Positions 29,611 through 39,146 of a DNA stretch of 53,604 nucleotides are shown here, piece after piece (positions within the stretch are counted from its first letter, which is position 1; each line of letters begins with the position of its first letter). The DNA lies in the IMG/VR virus record IMGVR_UViG_3300031602_000004, positions 1-53,604 of that record. One strand, given 5' to 3'. The translations under genes and the position numbers were made by a program. Below the pieces are notes generated by a model. That model had not been told where the DNA came from and ran no database searches. It saw only the letters and a list, made by a program, of their open reading frames with translations. Source of the DNA: a virus (Duplodnaviria > Caudoviricetes).

Positions 29611-29862
29611 TTATACTTCTTTAGCTTCTTCTACAATCTCTGAAATAGCACCATCTTCAAGATTGATGTTTACATTACCATACTTTTTTTCTAAAACAGA
29701 TGTCATTTCTTTCCATTCACCTTGTACTTCAGTATGCTTAGCAAGTAATTGTGCTTTAACAACATCTGTATTTCCTAAATTCATTAGGACAGTGTTGATA
29801 GTAGATTGAAGTTCTTTTACATTTGCTAATTCTTTAGCAGATACTTTTTTTGATTTTCCCAT
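29611..29862 (-). CDS. Small coiled-coil protein, fibre-associated hypothetical (83 aa)
   Basis: 'LEKKYGNVNINLEDG' C-terminal motif; own upstream TATCTTTG element. Confidence 0.6.
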   Translation of the reverse strand: MGKSKKVSAKELANVKELQSTINTVLMNLGNTDVVKAQLLAKHTEVQGEWKEMTSVLEKKYGNVNINLEDGAISEIVEEAKEV

Positions 29863-29888
29863 TGTAATTGGTTTTTTAAATTATACAA

Positions 29889-29896
29889 CAAAGATA
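29889..29896 (-). promoter_or_regulatory. Bacteroidota -7 promoter element (TATCTTTG)
   Basis: Exact TAnnTTTG match, intergenic. Confidence 0.55.
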
Positions 29897-29911
29897 ATTA
29901 TAATTTTGATA

Positions 29912-30388
29912 TTACCAAGGAAGTTTTGTAATTATTTTATATTCTGGCATTAGTTCTTTCTTAATTGTTTCACGCATATCTAGTATATAACCACTTCTAA
30001 CATTATCTATTAAATATCTAACTACTTCTTGTTTTGTAATAAAATTGAAATCTTTACTAAATATAGCGTTGTTTGTATTTTGTTTTATAGTATATACACC
30101 TTCTACACTACTACTACCAGAATTGTAATTTTCTTTTTGTGATTTAGGAATAACTATAGTTCCTTTATATTCAAATATTATTTCCTCTACTAAATTATTT
30201 TTATTAACCTTTAATGATTTAACAATAAAGCTATATCTTATAAAAGGTCTTTCAATTTTTCTTAACTCTTTATCTGTTTTCTTAATAGGTTTTTTTACTT
30301 TCCTTTTAGAAACTATAGTTTTATTCTTGACAGCTTTTTTTTTAACAACCTTAGTTACAACTGATTTTTTTGTTTTTTTCTTTTTCAT
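29912..30388 (-). CDS. Fibre-associated hypothetical protein with Lys-rich N-terminal tail (158 aa)
   Basis: Ends in 'LPW' with an 'FNFITKQEVVRYL' motif like small proteins encoded next to phage fibre genes. Confidence 0.5.
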   Translation of the reverse strand: MKKKKTKKSVVTKVVKKKAVKNKTIVSKRKVKKPIKKTDKELRKIERPFIRYSFIVKSLKVNKNNLVEEIIFEYKGTIVIPKSQKENYNSGSSSVEGVYTIKQNTNNAIFSKDFNFITKQEVVRYLIDNVRSGYILDMRETIKKELMPEYKIITKLPW

Positions 30389-30395
30389 AATAACA

Positions 30396-31793
30396 TTATA
30401 CTAATTGTTTAATTGTCATTTGAGTTCCATTTAAAACTGATTCTGATTTCACTCCAGCATTTGATGCTGATTCCTTCCAGAATTGCATTCTATAATATCT
30501 TTTTACTGAACCAGCTAGTAATTTGAGTATAATTGAACCGGCAGTTGAGCCTTTTCTAATTGCTCCAACTCCTCTATCATAGATATATGATGTAGTAGGG
30601 TCTATAACAGCCCAACTTAAAGCTCCTTCCTCTAGAGTTCCTTCTTCAATTCTTATTCCAGATAATAATCTATTGTTTACTGTATTAGTATTTGATGTAA
30701 CATTCCATTCATATTGAAAATATCTAGCATTATCTGTATCCCTATCTATTGTCCAAATAAATTGACTACCTTCAACTCCTTCAATACCACCAGATCCGTA
30801 AACTATTATAGTGTCTGCAGTACCATATGTAATTGATTCAGTATCAAATTTCATTACTACTGCATTTGCTACTCCATTTGTGTTTGTTGTTATTGTTGTT
30901 GTTGAACAAGTGAGCATTGAAAAAGCTGGTAGTGCTTGTGTTATTGTTGAAGTAATTGTAACTGTACCAGATGATCCTCCCCCACTTATACCTGTTCCTG
31001 CAAGAACACGTTCTATAGTACCTCTATTAGTTGTAAATCCTGCACCATTAGTTATTTGATTGTTATTTGTTACATTTGTAAATCCTGAAGGATTAGAATT
31101 ACTATATGGAGTAAATCCTAAAGCAGTTGTTACATTAGCACTTGATAAAGATAATGTGCCTCCTAATGTTAAATTTCCTGATCCCGTTACTGTTCCTGAT
31201 AATGATAATCCACTAACTGTACCTGTACCTGATACAGATGTTACACCTGAAGTTGTTGCATATCTACCATCTAAATCTACTGTAAGAGATGTTAAACCAT
31301 TTCGTGCTACAGTAAGAACACCATTACTTGTATTAAAACTTAAACTAGTTACATAATAATTAGTATTGTTATCTGTAGAAGATATAGTAACAGTTTTGCT
31401 AGATGCATTTATTGTTATAGTAGTACCACCGCCTCCTGCAAACTTTAAAGTATCAGTATTACTTGATGCTGCTATAGAAATTTGACCTGATACAGCAATT
31501 GTTTTAAATATAGATTGACTTGAACCTTTATCAGAGTTTGATAAAGTAATAGTACCAGAAGATGTTACTGTACCAGTACCACTTAGTCCACTATTACCTG
31601 TTACTGTAACAGATGTAACAGACCCATTTCCTGTTCCAGCACCAATATCACTAAGTATCTGAGCTTTAGTTCTATACTTAAGCAATCCACCATCCCATAC
31701 AAGTATTCCTGTATATGCATTATCATCATTACTAATAGAAGAAACACTTGTTGTGCCCGTTATATTAATGCTAGATAAAAATTGTATTGCCAT
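30396..31793 (-). CDS. Tail fibre / receptor-binding protein (465 aa)
   Basis: Gly/Thr/Ser-rich GxVTSV repeats, 'LTVDLDGRY', beta-rich C-terminal head. Confidence 0.7.
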   Translation of the reverse strand: MAIQFLSSINITGTTSVSSISNDDNAYTGILVWDGGLLKYRTKAQILSDIGAGTGNGSVTSVTVTGNSGLSGTGTVTSSGTITLSNSDKGSSQSIFKTIAVSGQISIAASSNTDTLKFAGGGGTTITINASSKTVTISSTDNNTNYYVTSLSFNTSNGVLTVARNGLTSLTVDLDGRYATTSGVTSVSGTGTVSGLSLSGTVTGSGNLTLGGTLSLSSANVTTALGFTPYSNSNPSGFTNVTNNNQITNGAGFTTNRGTIERVLAGTGISGGGSSGTVTITSTITQALPAFSMLTCSTTTITTNTNGVANAVVMKFDTESITYGTADTIIVYGSGGIEGVEGSQFIWTIDRDTDNARYFQYEWNVTSNTNTVNNRLLSGIRIEEGTLEEGALSWAVIDPTTSYIYDRGVGAIRKGSTAGSIILKLLAGSVKRYYRMQFWKESASNAGVKSESVLNGTQMTIKQLV

Positions 31794-31808
31794 GTAATTC
31801 TATTTTTA

Positions 31809-31816
31809 CAAAGATA
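31809..31816 (-). promoter_or_regulatory. Bacteroidota -7 promoter element (TATCTTTG)
   Basis: Exact match, between a terminator and the ATG at 31793. Confidence 0.55.
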
Positions 31817-31828
31817 AAAAAATTAATT

Positions 31829-31872
31829 AAAAGAAAGGGGTGCTAAATTATTAAAATCTAATACCCCTTTCT
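31829..31872 (-). terminator. Intrinsic terminator
   Basis: AGAAAGGGGT ... ACCCCTTTCT 10-bp stem followed by T residues. Confidence 0.7.
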
Positions 31873-31896
31873 GTAATAGTATTTGTTTATCTCATT

Positions 31897-34227
31897 TTAT
31901 GTTCTAACTTTCTGCATAACAAATCTTAATGAATTTGCTGTTTGATTAGATGTAGTAGCTAAAGTTACAGCTCCAGTTGATGGATTTGCAGTAACATCTA
32001 AATATTGTTGTATTCCAGTAGATGAACTATAAACCTGAATTATAAAGGGTCCAGTTCCTAAACCATGTGTTGCTGCAGCAAAAGTTGTTGTATTAGTATT
32101 TGATGAAGGGAATGTTGCAGTGTAATTGTCTCTATCAAGAACAGTTTTCAATGTAACTGGTGATATAGCTATATTTGTTTCTGCACCAGAAGTAGCTTCA
32201 GGTCCAGTAGCCATTTGAACTACACCCAAATTACTTTGAGAAGTAGTTGGTAATGTTCTTGTAGTTAATGTTCCTACAACACCATCAGTTAAACTAATTT
32301 GATCAACTACATCAACACCTGAAGTATTAATATCTGTGTCAATACCAATTATCTTATTAAATGTACTTGCTAATTGACCATCACTAATCCCACCTGTTTT
32401 AACTGTAATAAATCCATTTGATGTTGCTGCAAAAGTTGCACTTTGAAATCCTGCAACCCCTTTTATTGTACCTCCGTCTGTTGTTCCTGCACCCGCAATA
32501 TTCTGATCTGCAATAACAACTGTATAAGCTGATGCTGCCGGACTAGATCCTGCTGCAATTGCTGCATCTGCAAATACAAAATCTCCAGGTTCTAATTGAC
32601 CTAGACCTGCTGTACTTCCTGCTACATCTACAACAAAGAAATCTCCTAATGCCATTGCAACGTTACTACCACCACTTAATGCTGGAGAGTTAGTTGATGC
32701 ATTATAGCCTCCTCTAAATCCTCCTACTCCACCAATTTGTGAAAGTACATAAGCCTTAGAAGCTATATTATTATCATTTGTTGGAGTTAATGGAACTACT
32801 ACTTGACTACTAAAAGTTTTTACTCCAGCAATTGTTTGAGCACCAGTTGTTCTTACAACTGTATTATCTACTAATAAACCTGTAGCTGATTGTGATAAAC
32901 CATCACCAGCTTCAACTGTTAAAGTACCACTATCAGTAATTGTTCCTCCTGTTATACCATTACCAGTTGCTATACTTCTAACTGTACCTAGGTTGCTTGT
33001 TGCTGTAGTGCTAATAGTTACCGTAGTACCTGTTACCGAAGTTGACATAAGACCTGCACCTGCAAATGTCTGTGTCCCTACACCTGTAATTGCTGTTCCT
33101 GAACCTGAATCTGCTGCAAGTGTAATGCTTGTTACTGTACCTCCAGAATTTTGATCAGTTGCCCATGATGGTAAACCTGATGCTACCTTTAATACTTGCC
33201 CTGCTGAACCAATACCTAATTTAGCTAATGCTGTAGTAGAGGATGCATAAAGAATATCACCTACTGTATAACTTGATTGTCCAGTACCACCATTATTAGC
33301 ATCTAATGTACCCGCTAATGTTATTGTTCCACTTCCAGTAACTGGTCCACCTGAAGTAGTTAATCCAGTTGTTCCACCACTTACATCAATACTTGTTACA
33401 GTACCACCACCAATTGCTGCAGTAATCTGTGAAATGTTTACATACTTAGCATTACTATCATCAGCATCACTTACAAGTATTTTATCAGCTGCTACAACCG
33501 TTACTGATGTACCATCTGCTGCTGCTAATATTAAGTTATCTGCACCTGCATAATCTATAGCTATTGAACCAGTAGCAGTAATTCCAGCAACTGGACTTGT
33601 TATAAGACCTGCTCCTGAATCTACTTCAGTTACTGTACCATCTTTTCCAAATCCTGGCATACCACTAACAAGTGTTTTCCTTAATGTATTTGAATCAGAA
33701 GTATCTGAAAACCAAATAAAATCAGTACCTACTGGATCTGCAGCAGTTAATGTTAAGATTGCATTATCTGTACCTACAGTATCAATATTAACTGTAGGTG
33801 TTACAGTAGAGGATCCTGAAATTGATATACCAGTTCCACCAGATACATCAGTTACTGTACCTGCTGCTGAATCTGTTCCTGTAACTGTCAAAGTATTTCC
33901 ACTTCTTGTTACAGATACTGTACCAGCACCAGTAAATATTACATCATCTGTAGTTGCATCTGAACCAGTAAGTCTAACACCTGCTGTTCCATTTGTAGAA
34001 CCAACACCTGTTAAATCATAAGTAGTGTCTCCATCTGTTCCTGTATCAATATCTACCCATGCTCCATTATAAAGTCTAAGTTTATTTGTTCCTGTGTCAT
34101 AATAGATTCTTCCCAGTGATCCCGTGGGAGCACCATTGTTGTTGTCTATACGGACTTGTTTAATTTGGTTACTATTAAGATCAATGTCACCATCAATATT
34201 AAGACCATTTAGAAATTGTATTGCCAT
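31897..34227 (-). CDS. Tail fibre protein (776 aa)
   Basis: Five GTV(T/R)x(V/I) repeats, 'GAQTIAGVKTFS', 'IASKAYV', 'GVVQMAT...ISPVTL' fibre motifs. Confidence 0.75.
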   Translation of the reverse strand: MAIQFLNGLNIDGDIDLNSNQIKQVRIDNNNGAPTGSLGRIYYDTGTNKLRLYNGAWVDIDTGTDGDTTYDLTGVGSTNGTAGVRLTGSDATTDDVIFTGAGTVSVTRSGNTLTVTGTDSAAGTVTDVSGGTGISISGSSTVTPTVNIDTVGTDNAILTLTAADPVGTDFIWFSDTSDSNTLRKTLVSGMPGFGKDGTVTEVDSGAGLITSPVAGITATGSIAIDYAGADNLILAAADGTSVTVVAADKILVSDADDSNAKYVNISQITAAIGGGTVTSIDVSGGTTGLTTSGGPVTGSGTITLAGTLDANNGGTGQSSYTVGDILYASSTTALAKLGIGSAGQVLKVASGLPSWATDQNSGGTVTSITLAADSGSGTAITGVGTQTFAGAGLMSTSVTGTTVTISTTATSNLGTVRSIATGNGITGGTITDSGTLTVEAGDGLSQSATGLLVDNTVVRTTGAQTIAGVKTFSSQVVVPLTPTNDNNIASKAYVLSQIGGVGGFRGGYNASTNSPALSGGSNVAMALGDFFVVDVAGSTAGLGQLEPGDFVFADAAIAAGSSPAASAYTVVIADQNIAGAGTTDGGTIKGVAGFQSATFAATSNGFITVKTGGISDGQLASTFNKIIGIDTDINTSGVDVVDQISLTDGVVGTLTTRTLPTTSQSNLGVVQMATGPEATSGAETNIAISPVTLKTVLDRDNYTATFPSSNTNTTTFAAATHGLGTGPFIIQVYSSSTGIQQYLDVTANPSTGAVTLATTSNQTANSLRFVMQKVRT

Positions 34228-34265
34228 TATATTTGTTTTTTATTTGTTTTTTATTTATTATATTT

Positions 34266-34811
34266 TTAATTTAAGAAGACACATCCTCTAAATGCAGTTT
34301 GAAAAGTTAAATTAATAGTATTACTATCTGTATATACAGTATCTCCTACAACAATTGTATTAGTTGAATCAACTACAGTAACTGAAGGAAATTTTCCTAA
34401 GTTATGTGTTACAGTCCATGATGCAGATGCAACATCAAAACATTGCGTGTATGTTCCTGCATCAGCAAGAATAGTTTCTAAGTCAACTATTGTGCAAACA
34501 TTAGTTGGAACTTCAGGGCAAGACATACTTGCTGCAGTGTTTATTTTTTTAAGAGGTTCAACAAAGACACCTTTTGTTCCACTAGCTACTACAATCTTAG
34601 AACTTGCAGCATTTTGCCAATCACATAGTTCTTTCTTTATAACAGAAGAATCATAATTTTCATAACAACAAGCATCTATTCCAAATCTAAGAGATTGAAA
34701 ATTTGCATATACTTGATTAGAAAAAGTTTGCTCAGTCTTTATTCTTTTTAATAAAGCTAGTTCACTTTGCCTTTCTGTATTAGATGATGCTATTATAGTA
34801 GATGTAGCCAT
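34266..34811 (-). CDS. Putative tail hub / fibre-attachment protein (181 aa)
   Basis: Cys-containing helical N-terminus plus 'WTVTHNLGKFPSVTVVD' domain; position before the fibres. Confidence 0.5.
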   Translation of the reverse strand: MATSTIIASSNTERQSELALLKRIKTEQTFSNQVYANFQSLRFGIDACCYENYDSSVIKKELCDWQNAASSKIVVASGTKGVFVEPLKKINTAASMSCPEVPTNVCTIVDLETILADAGTYTQCFDVASASWTVTHNLGKFPSVTVVDSTNTIVVGDTVYTDSNTINLTFQTAFRGCVFLN

Positions 34812-34812
34812 A

Positions 34813-34992
34813 TTATTTATTTCTTAAATCTTGTATCTGTTGTTTAGCTAATTCTAAATTTAAATCTCTTGCAGTTGTACCTGCAGCTTTAGATTTAGCT
34901 TCACATTGCTTACAGACTATTGTTCCGTCTAATAATGATGCTTTTTGGCAGCCACAAGTAAATTGTTTTGAGCAATGTGCACAATTAGCCAT
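34813..34992 (-). CDS. Small Cys-rich (Zn-ribbon-like) protein, 59 aa, absent from the ORF track
   Basis: MANCAHCSKQFTCGCQKASLLDGTIVCKQCEAKSKAAGTTARDLNLELAKQQIQDLRNK*; fills the gap between two genes; A-rich start context. Confidence 0.75.
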   Translation of the reverse strand: MANCAHCSKQFTCGCQKASLLDGTIVCKQCEAKSKAAGTTARDLNLELAKQQIQDLRNK

Positions 34993-35005
34993 GTTTGGTT
35001 TGGTT

Positions 35006-35581
35006 TTAAATTAAATATTTTGAACTTGATCCACAATTACCTGACGGACATGCAATCTTATTCAGTCTAGTTTTAGCATAATTATATAATTGCATACCTT
35101 GTGCAGCTGATTGACAATATTCTACATTAGATACTGCTGCATCAATTAATGTTCTTATATAACTTAATTCTGCTAATAATGATTCTTTATCTGAACTAGG
35201 TTGACATGCTTGTACATCTAATTCACATAACACTTTATAGTATGTAGTTAGTAGTTTTGTTACTCTTAAATGATTATATTCTACATAAACTTTAGAGTTT
35301 GGTGATACGCTATATTTAATAATATATATTCCATCAGGAATATTGTCTTGTACATCACCACAATTAAGTGTCTGCAATGCAAGTGTGCAAGCAGTTAAAC
35401 AAAAATCAAATCCTTTAGTTACTTTAATAAGTACGGGTACACTATAACCTGGAAGTGTAATCAACAACTCTTCACAATCTACTGCTAAATCATCAGAGTA
35501 TTGACTTGTATCTTTTATACATAGTAAACCACAGTTAGATACTGTGGGAATTTCTAAACTTAATATATGTTTGCTTGCCAT
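35006..35581 (-). CDS. Putative tail hub protein (191 aa)
   Basis: 'IPDGIYIIKYSV' motif, Cys-rich, helical C-terminus; synteny after the auxiliary capsid gene. Confidence 0.5.
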   Translation of the reverse strand: MASKHILSLEIPTVSNCGLLCIKDTSQYSDDLAVDCEELLITLPGYSVPVLIKVTKGFDFCLTACTLALQTLNCGDVQDNIPDGIYIIKYSVSPNSKVYVEYNHLRVTKLLTTYYKVLCELDVQACQPSSDKESLLAELSYIRTLIDAAVSNVEYCQSAAQGMQLYNYAKTRLNKIACPSGNCGSSSKYLI

Positions 35582-35599
35582 TTTGTATTACTTAATTAT

Positions 35600-35620
35600 A
35601 CTATATAGATAATATACAAA
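35600..35620 (-). promoter_or_regulatory. Candidate phage late-promoter motif copy (TTTGTATATTA-TCTA-TATAGT)
   Basis: Best match to the consensus; just downstream of a terminator. Confidence 0.55.
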
Positions 35621-35641
35621 ATTTTAAAGGATATAGAAAAT

Positions 35642-35671
35642 AAAAAGGGTAGGAGTTTTATCCCCTACCCT
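35642..35671 (-). terminator. Intrinsic terminator
   Basis: AGGGTAGGGG-ATAAAA-CTCCTACCCT hairpin plus T-run. Confidence 0.8.
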
Positions 35672-35696
35672 AATTAAATATTAAAATGTTATTTGT

Positions 35697-37241
35697 TTAC
35701 CAAACAGCGTTTTGTTCAACTACTATTTTATTACCATTATCACTTGCCCAATTAACTAAACCAGTCATTAATAGTTCATATGCAGTTTGTGCTTCAACAT
35801 CAGAGCATTTTACATAGATCTTATATACATATTGATCATTATCAAACACACCAGTTGGGTTATTAAACCTTGGCACTGAGTGCTGAATGTAGTAAGCTTT
35901 ATATGTTGCAGTTCTATCAACAGCAGCAAGTAATTCATCAGATAATTCAATCTCTCTGATTCTAGCACTGTCAGCATTTCCTTGATTATAAGGAGATTGA
36001 CGGTATCTTTCAGACATGATTAAGTCTCTAATAACTTCTTCACCTTGTGTTTGTTGCATTGAACCAGGAGTTCTTGTAACTACACCACAATCATTACATG
36101 GATCACCAGTTTCATCAAGTTGAGATAAAATGATTTCAACAGGTTCTGCATTAAAATGATCTCTTGTATCAAATGAACAATTACCAAATTGTGTATCAAC
36201 GTAAGCACCTACAACACATAATTCAGCAGAAATTTTAACTGTACCATTTGGATCTGTTGAAGGAACATATGCTCCTGAAACTGAACTTCCTGGTTTAACC
36301 TGTGCAATAGTATAAATAGAAGTAGTTGCAACACCTGCAGCAGTAGTTGATGTAACTCTTACACCTCCTGCAGTTAAACCTGCAGCAGCAACAGTTAAAG
36401 TTGCATCAGTAGTTGCCGCAGCATCCACTAAAGTAACAACATCACCTACTTCATAAGCAGCACCAGCTTGTGCAATATCATAACTTTCAATTACACCTGT
36501 TCCAGATATAGTTAATACCTCAACTTTAGAAGTAACATATCCTGGTCTATTAACAGAAGTAATTGCAGTTCCATTTGTATCAACAGCAGTTGTTTCTTTA
36601 ACACCTACAGTGTAAGCTACACCACCAGCTAATGTAAGACCTGCGTTTTCTAAAAGCCCATTAAGATCAGCTTCCTTAACAAAAGGCTTGATTAATGGAT
36701 CACTAAGAGCCATATCTCCCATAGCACCTAAAATAACTGCTGGGTCAATAAACTCTTGTCCATCTATACAACATACATTTGCTGAGTCAGCAATTGCATA
36801 TGCATTATGATTTAAGAATCTTAGTGCAGGTGAACCCTTCACATCAATTCTCATAAATTGTGTTTTACCACATGGTGCACAATCTGAAGCTAAAGAAAGG
36901 CAAGCTGTTGCTTGACTAGCTACTGTACAGTTTGTTTCCCATAATCTAGTAATGTATCTTGGGTTAATACCCTTAGATTTTACTGATTCTTTGTACCCAC
37001 CGTGTCCAGGATTGTTTCCAATTGTATCTTTAGTATAGAAAGAACCTTGCACTAAGTATGCCATGTCCCCAGTTGTAATACCTGGGACAGCTGCACCACC
37101 TGCAAGAGCAACTGATTGCCAGTCACCTCCGTCTACTAAAGCTACTTGTCCTGCGGTAAGAGCACCTGTTGCAGTACCAGCAGTTGCTAGTGTACTATCT
37201 GCAATAAACGTCTTGTTGAACGCATTGTTAAAATAAGCCAT
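35697..37241 (-). CDS. Putative auxiliary capsid / abundant structural protein (514 aa)
   Basis: Position three genes after the head-fibre-like gene; own promoter motif and terminator; 'YYIQHSVPRFNNP' C-terminal motif; central Ala/Thr/Gly-rich beta insertion. Confidence 0.55.
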   Translation of the reverse strand: MAYFNNAFNKTFIADSTLATAGTATGALTAGQVALVDGGDWQSVALAGGAAVPGITTGDMAYLVQGSFYTKDTIGNNPGHGGYKESVKSKGINPRYITRLWETNCTVASQATACLSLASDCAPCGKTQFMRIDVKGSPALRFLNHNAYAIADSANVCCIDGQEFIDPAVILGAMGDMALSDPLIKPFVKEADLNGLLENAGLTLAGGVAYTVGVKETTAVDTNGTAITSVNRPGYVTSKVEVLTISGTGVIESYDIAQAGAAYEVGDVVTLVDAAATTDATLTVAAAGLTAGGVRVTSTTAAGVATTSIYTIAQVKPGSSVSGAYVPSTDPNGTVKISAELCVVGAYVDTQFGNCSFDTRDHFNAEPVEIILSQLDETGDPCNDCGVVTRTPGSMQQTQGEEVIRDLIMSERYRQSPYNQGNADSARIREIELSDELLAAVDRTATYKAYYIQHSVPRFNNPTGVFDNDQYVYKIYVKCSDVEAQTAYELLMTGLVNWASDNGNKIVVEQNAVW

Positions 37242-37325
37242 AATTTTTGTTTTATGTGAGGACCATTACCCCCACTAGTTATAAAAATGATTTAAACAGT
37301 TTACTCTGCACGTAACATCTTTGTT

Positions 37326-37346
37326 ACTATATAATTAATATACTAC
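37326..37346 (-). promoter_or_regulatory. Candidate phage late-promoter motif copy (GTATATTA-ATTA-TATAGT)
   Basis: Repeated intergenic motif. Confidence 0.5.
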
Positions 37347-37369
37347 TTTTCTACTAAATAAGCAAGATA

Positions 37370-38077
37370 TTAATTGTTTCTTTCTGCTGCTTGTGTACCT
37401 CTTTGTTGCTGATACGTATTTTCTATGTCTCCTGCAATAATTGCTGCAGTATCATCAAGCATTACTTCTACTAGGTCATCTTTAAATTCACAATTTACAT
37501 TAGTCAAACTAATATTTCCTGTATATGGATCTGTACAGTTTTCTACTTGTATATACACAGGCTTTTGATAATAAGTTAATACAGGAGTAACAATATTAAA
37601 ATTGCTATTCCTGTATATTCTTATCTTATTGTCTAACATTGTACAAAATGTTTCACCCCATTCAAAATCTGGATTCTTTAAAGGATCTCTAAGTAACAAT
37701 GATACATTAGCTTCTTCAGCTAAATATACTGTCATTGTTCTAGGATCTGGACAACACTCATCTTTTGCAGATGTAGTTATTGTTTTAAATTCTAAATATG
37801 TATCTACTGGAAAATTATTTGATTCAAAATATGTATTTGTTTCAGTACCTGTTAAAGATAACTCTCTTAATAAAGGTTGTAAATCATCAATTCTTTTCTT
37901 TGATAACTCATCTCCTTCTTTATACATGTTACCTCCATGTAGATTTCTTCTACACCACTCAATTTGAGCTTTATTAAAAGCTTCAATAAACTGCCAACAC
38001 TCAATGTTATCATAGTCATTACTATCTAACTTATTAAGTCTTTGTTTTAGTTTAATTAAGAGTGTACTATTTTCCAT
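37370..38077 (-). CDS. Tail ring / head-tail connector protein (235 aa)
   Basis: 'FNKAQIEW...KKRIDDLQPL...LTYYQKP' pattern and synteny downstream of the MCP as in crAss-like phages. Confidence 0.6.
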   Translation of the reverse strand: MENSTLLIKLKQRLNKLDSNDYDNIECWQFIEAFNKAQIEWCRRNLHGGNMYKEGDELSKKRIDDLQPLLRELSLTGTETNTYFESNNFPVDTYLEFKTITTSAKDECCPDPRTMTVYLAEEANVSLLLRDPLKNPDFEWGETFCTMLDNKIRIYRNSNFNIVTPVLTYYQKPVYIQVENCTDPYTGNISLTNVNCEFKDDLVEVMLDDTAAIIAGDIENTYQQQRGTQAAERNN

Positions 38078-38088
38078 TATTTATATAT

Positions 38089-39108
38089 TTATGAATTCCA
38101 ATATGGTTCAACTTTATCCATTAAAGATAACAGTTGTTCTTCATTCTTTGGATCTTTTAAAAATTCTAATACTTCAGATGGTCTTTTACCTAATCTTATT
38201 CCACTATCTAATGGTTCAATCCATCCTCCAGCTTTAGTAGTAATGAATCTATAGTATAGTCCATCTTTAATAAGAGCTCTAATTTTTAATTCTTCCATAT
38301 CTAATTGAGATACTTCTAAGAATTGTTTAGCTGCTCTTTTCTTGTTTGATTCAGCACCATTACCAGTAATATATTCATCCATGTTTTCATAAAGAATATC
38401 ATTTGGTGTATTGGTTGTATATTGAATACTATCAGCATCTACTATTTTTGCTACATATAATAACTTAGTAGTATTTCCATCAAATAAATTTTGTAAAGAT
38501 GTTAAAGCTTTATTTTTTATTTTAGTTAATTCTGTTCTAGTTGTTAATGTTTCTTTTTCAGTATCTAAATAAAATTTAGGACCTGATTGAGATGTTTTTG
38601 CAGCATGTAATGATTTAGCTACTATAGAAAAACCACCTGCTTTGATAGCATGTAATTTAATTCTATCATAAGGATCAACTTCACCATCTAAAAATACTGG
38701 ATCATTACCACATCTTAAAGATATTTTATCCCAAAATTTAGAATTATCCGGCTTCATAACAGTTAATTTATTCCAGAAATCTTTATCTTCTGGATCAACT
38801 ACATTAGCAGCTAATTCAGCTTCTAATTCAGACACAACCTGTCTGATTTCTGCAATTTTTGCTTTCTTTTCTTTTGGAGGTAACATTTTTACATCTGGAG
38901 CAAACTCATTTAATCCAGTTACGTATCTTTTTACTCCGTTCATTTCTAAACATGCTAAGGATTCTTCATGAAATACTCCATCATGTAAAGATAGTCCATA
39001 TGTTTCTAGTCCCATATTCTCCTTTCCAGGATTAAAGTAAGGGCGTACAGCAATATTACTGCTTGTTTTTCTGTGTTGATACTTTTCAACAATAGTGTAA
39101 TCTTCCAT
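38089..39108 (-). CDS. Conserved hypothetical protein of the capsid module (339 aa)
   Basis: Intact ORF; 'VLEFLKDPKNEEQL' C-terminus; located between the MCP and ring genes. Confidence 0.55.
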   Translation of the reverse strand: MEDYTIVEKYQHRKTSSNIAVRPYFNPGKENMGLETYGLSLHDGVFHEESLACLEMNGVKRYVTGLNEFAPDVKMLPPKEKKAKIAEIRQVVSELEAELAANVVDPEDKDFWNKLTVMKPDNSKFWDKISLRCGNDPVFLDGEVDPYDRIKLHAIKAGGFSIVAKSLHAAKTSQSGPKFYLDTEKETLTTRTELTKIKNKALTSLQNLFDGNTTKLLYVAKIVDADSIQYTTNTPNDILYENMDEYITGNGAESNKKRAAKQFLEVSQLDMEELKIRALIKDGLYYRFITTKAGGWIEPLDSGIRLGKRPSEVLEFLKDPKNEEQLLSLMDKVEPYWNS

Positions 39109-39146
39109 ATTTTGGTTTTAAAAAATTAATAAATAGTTACTCACAT

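Noticed and set aside
30396-34227. Diversity-generating retroelement or invertible fibre cassette
   Set aside because: No reverse transcriptase, recombinase, or long near-identical TR/VR repeat pair seen; the repeats are degenerate protein-level repeats.
35697-37241. Contractile tail sheath call for the 514-aa protein
   Set aside because: No tape measure, tube or baseplate genes; ring plus muzzle architecture indicates a short-tailed virion.
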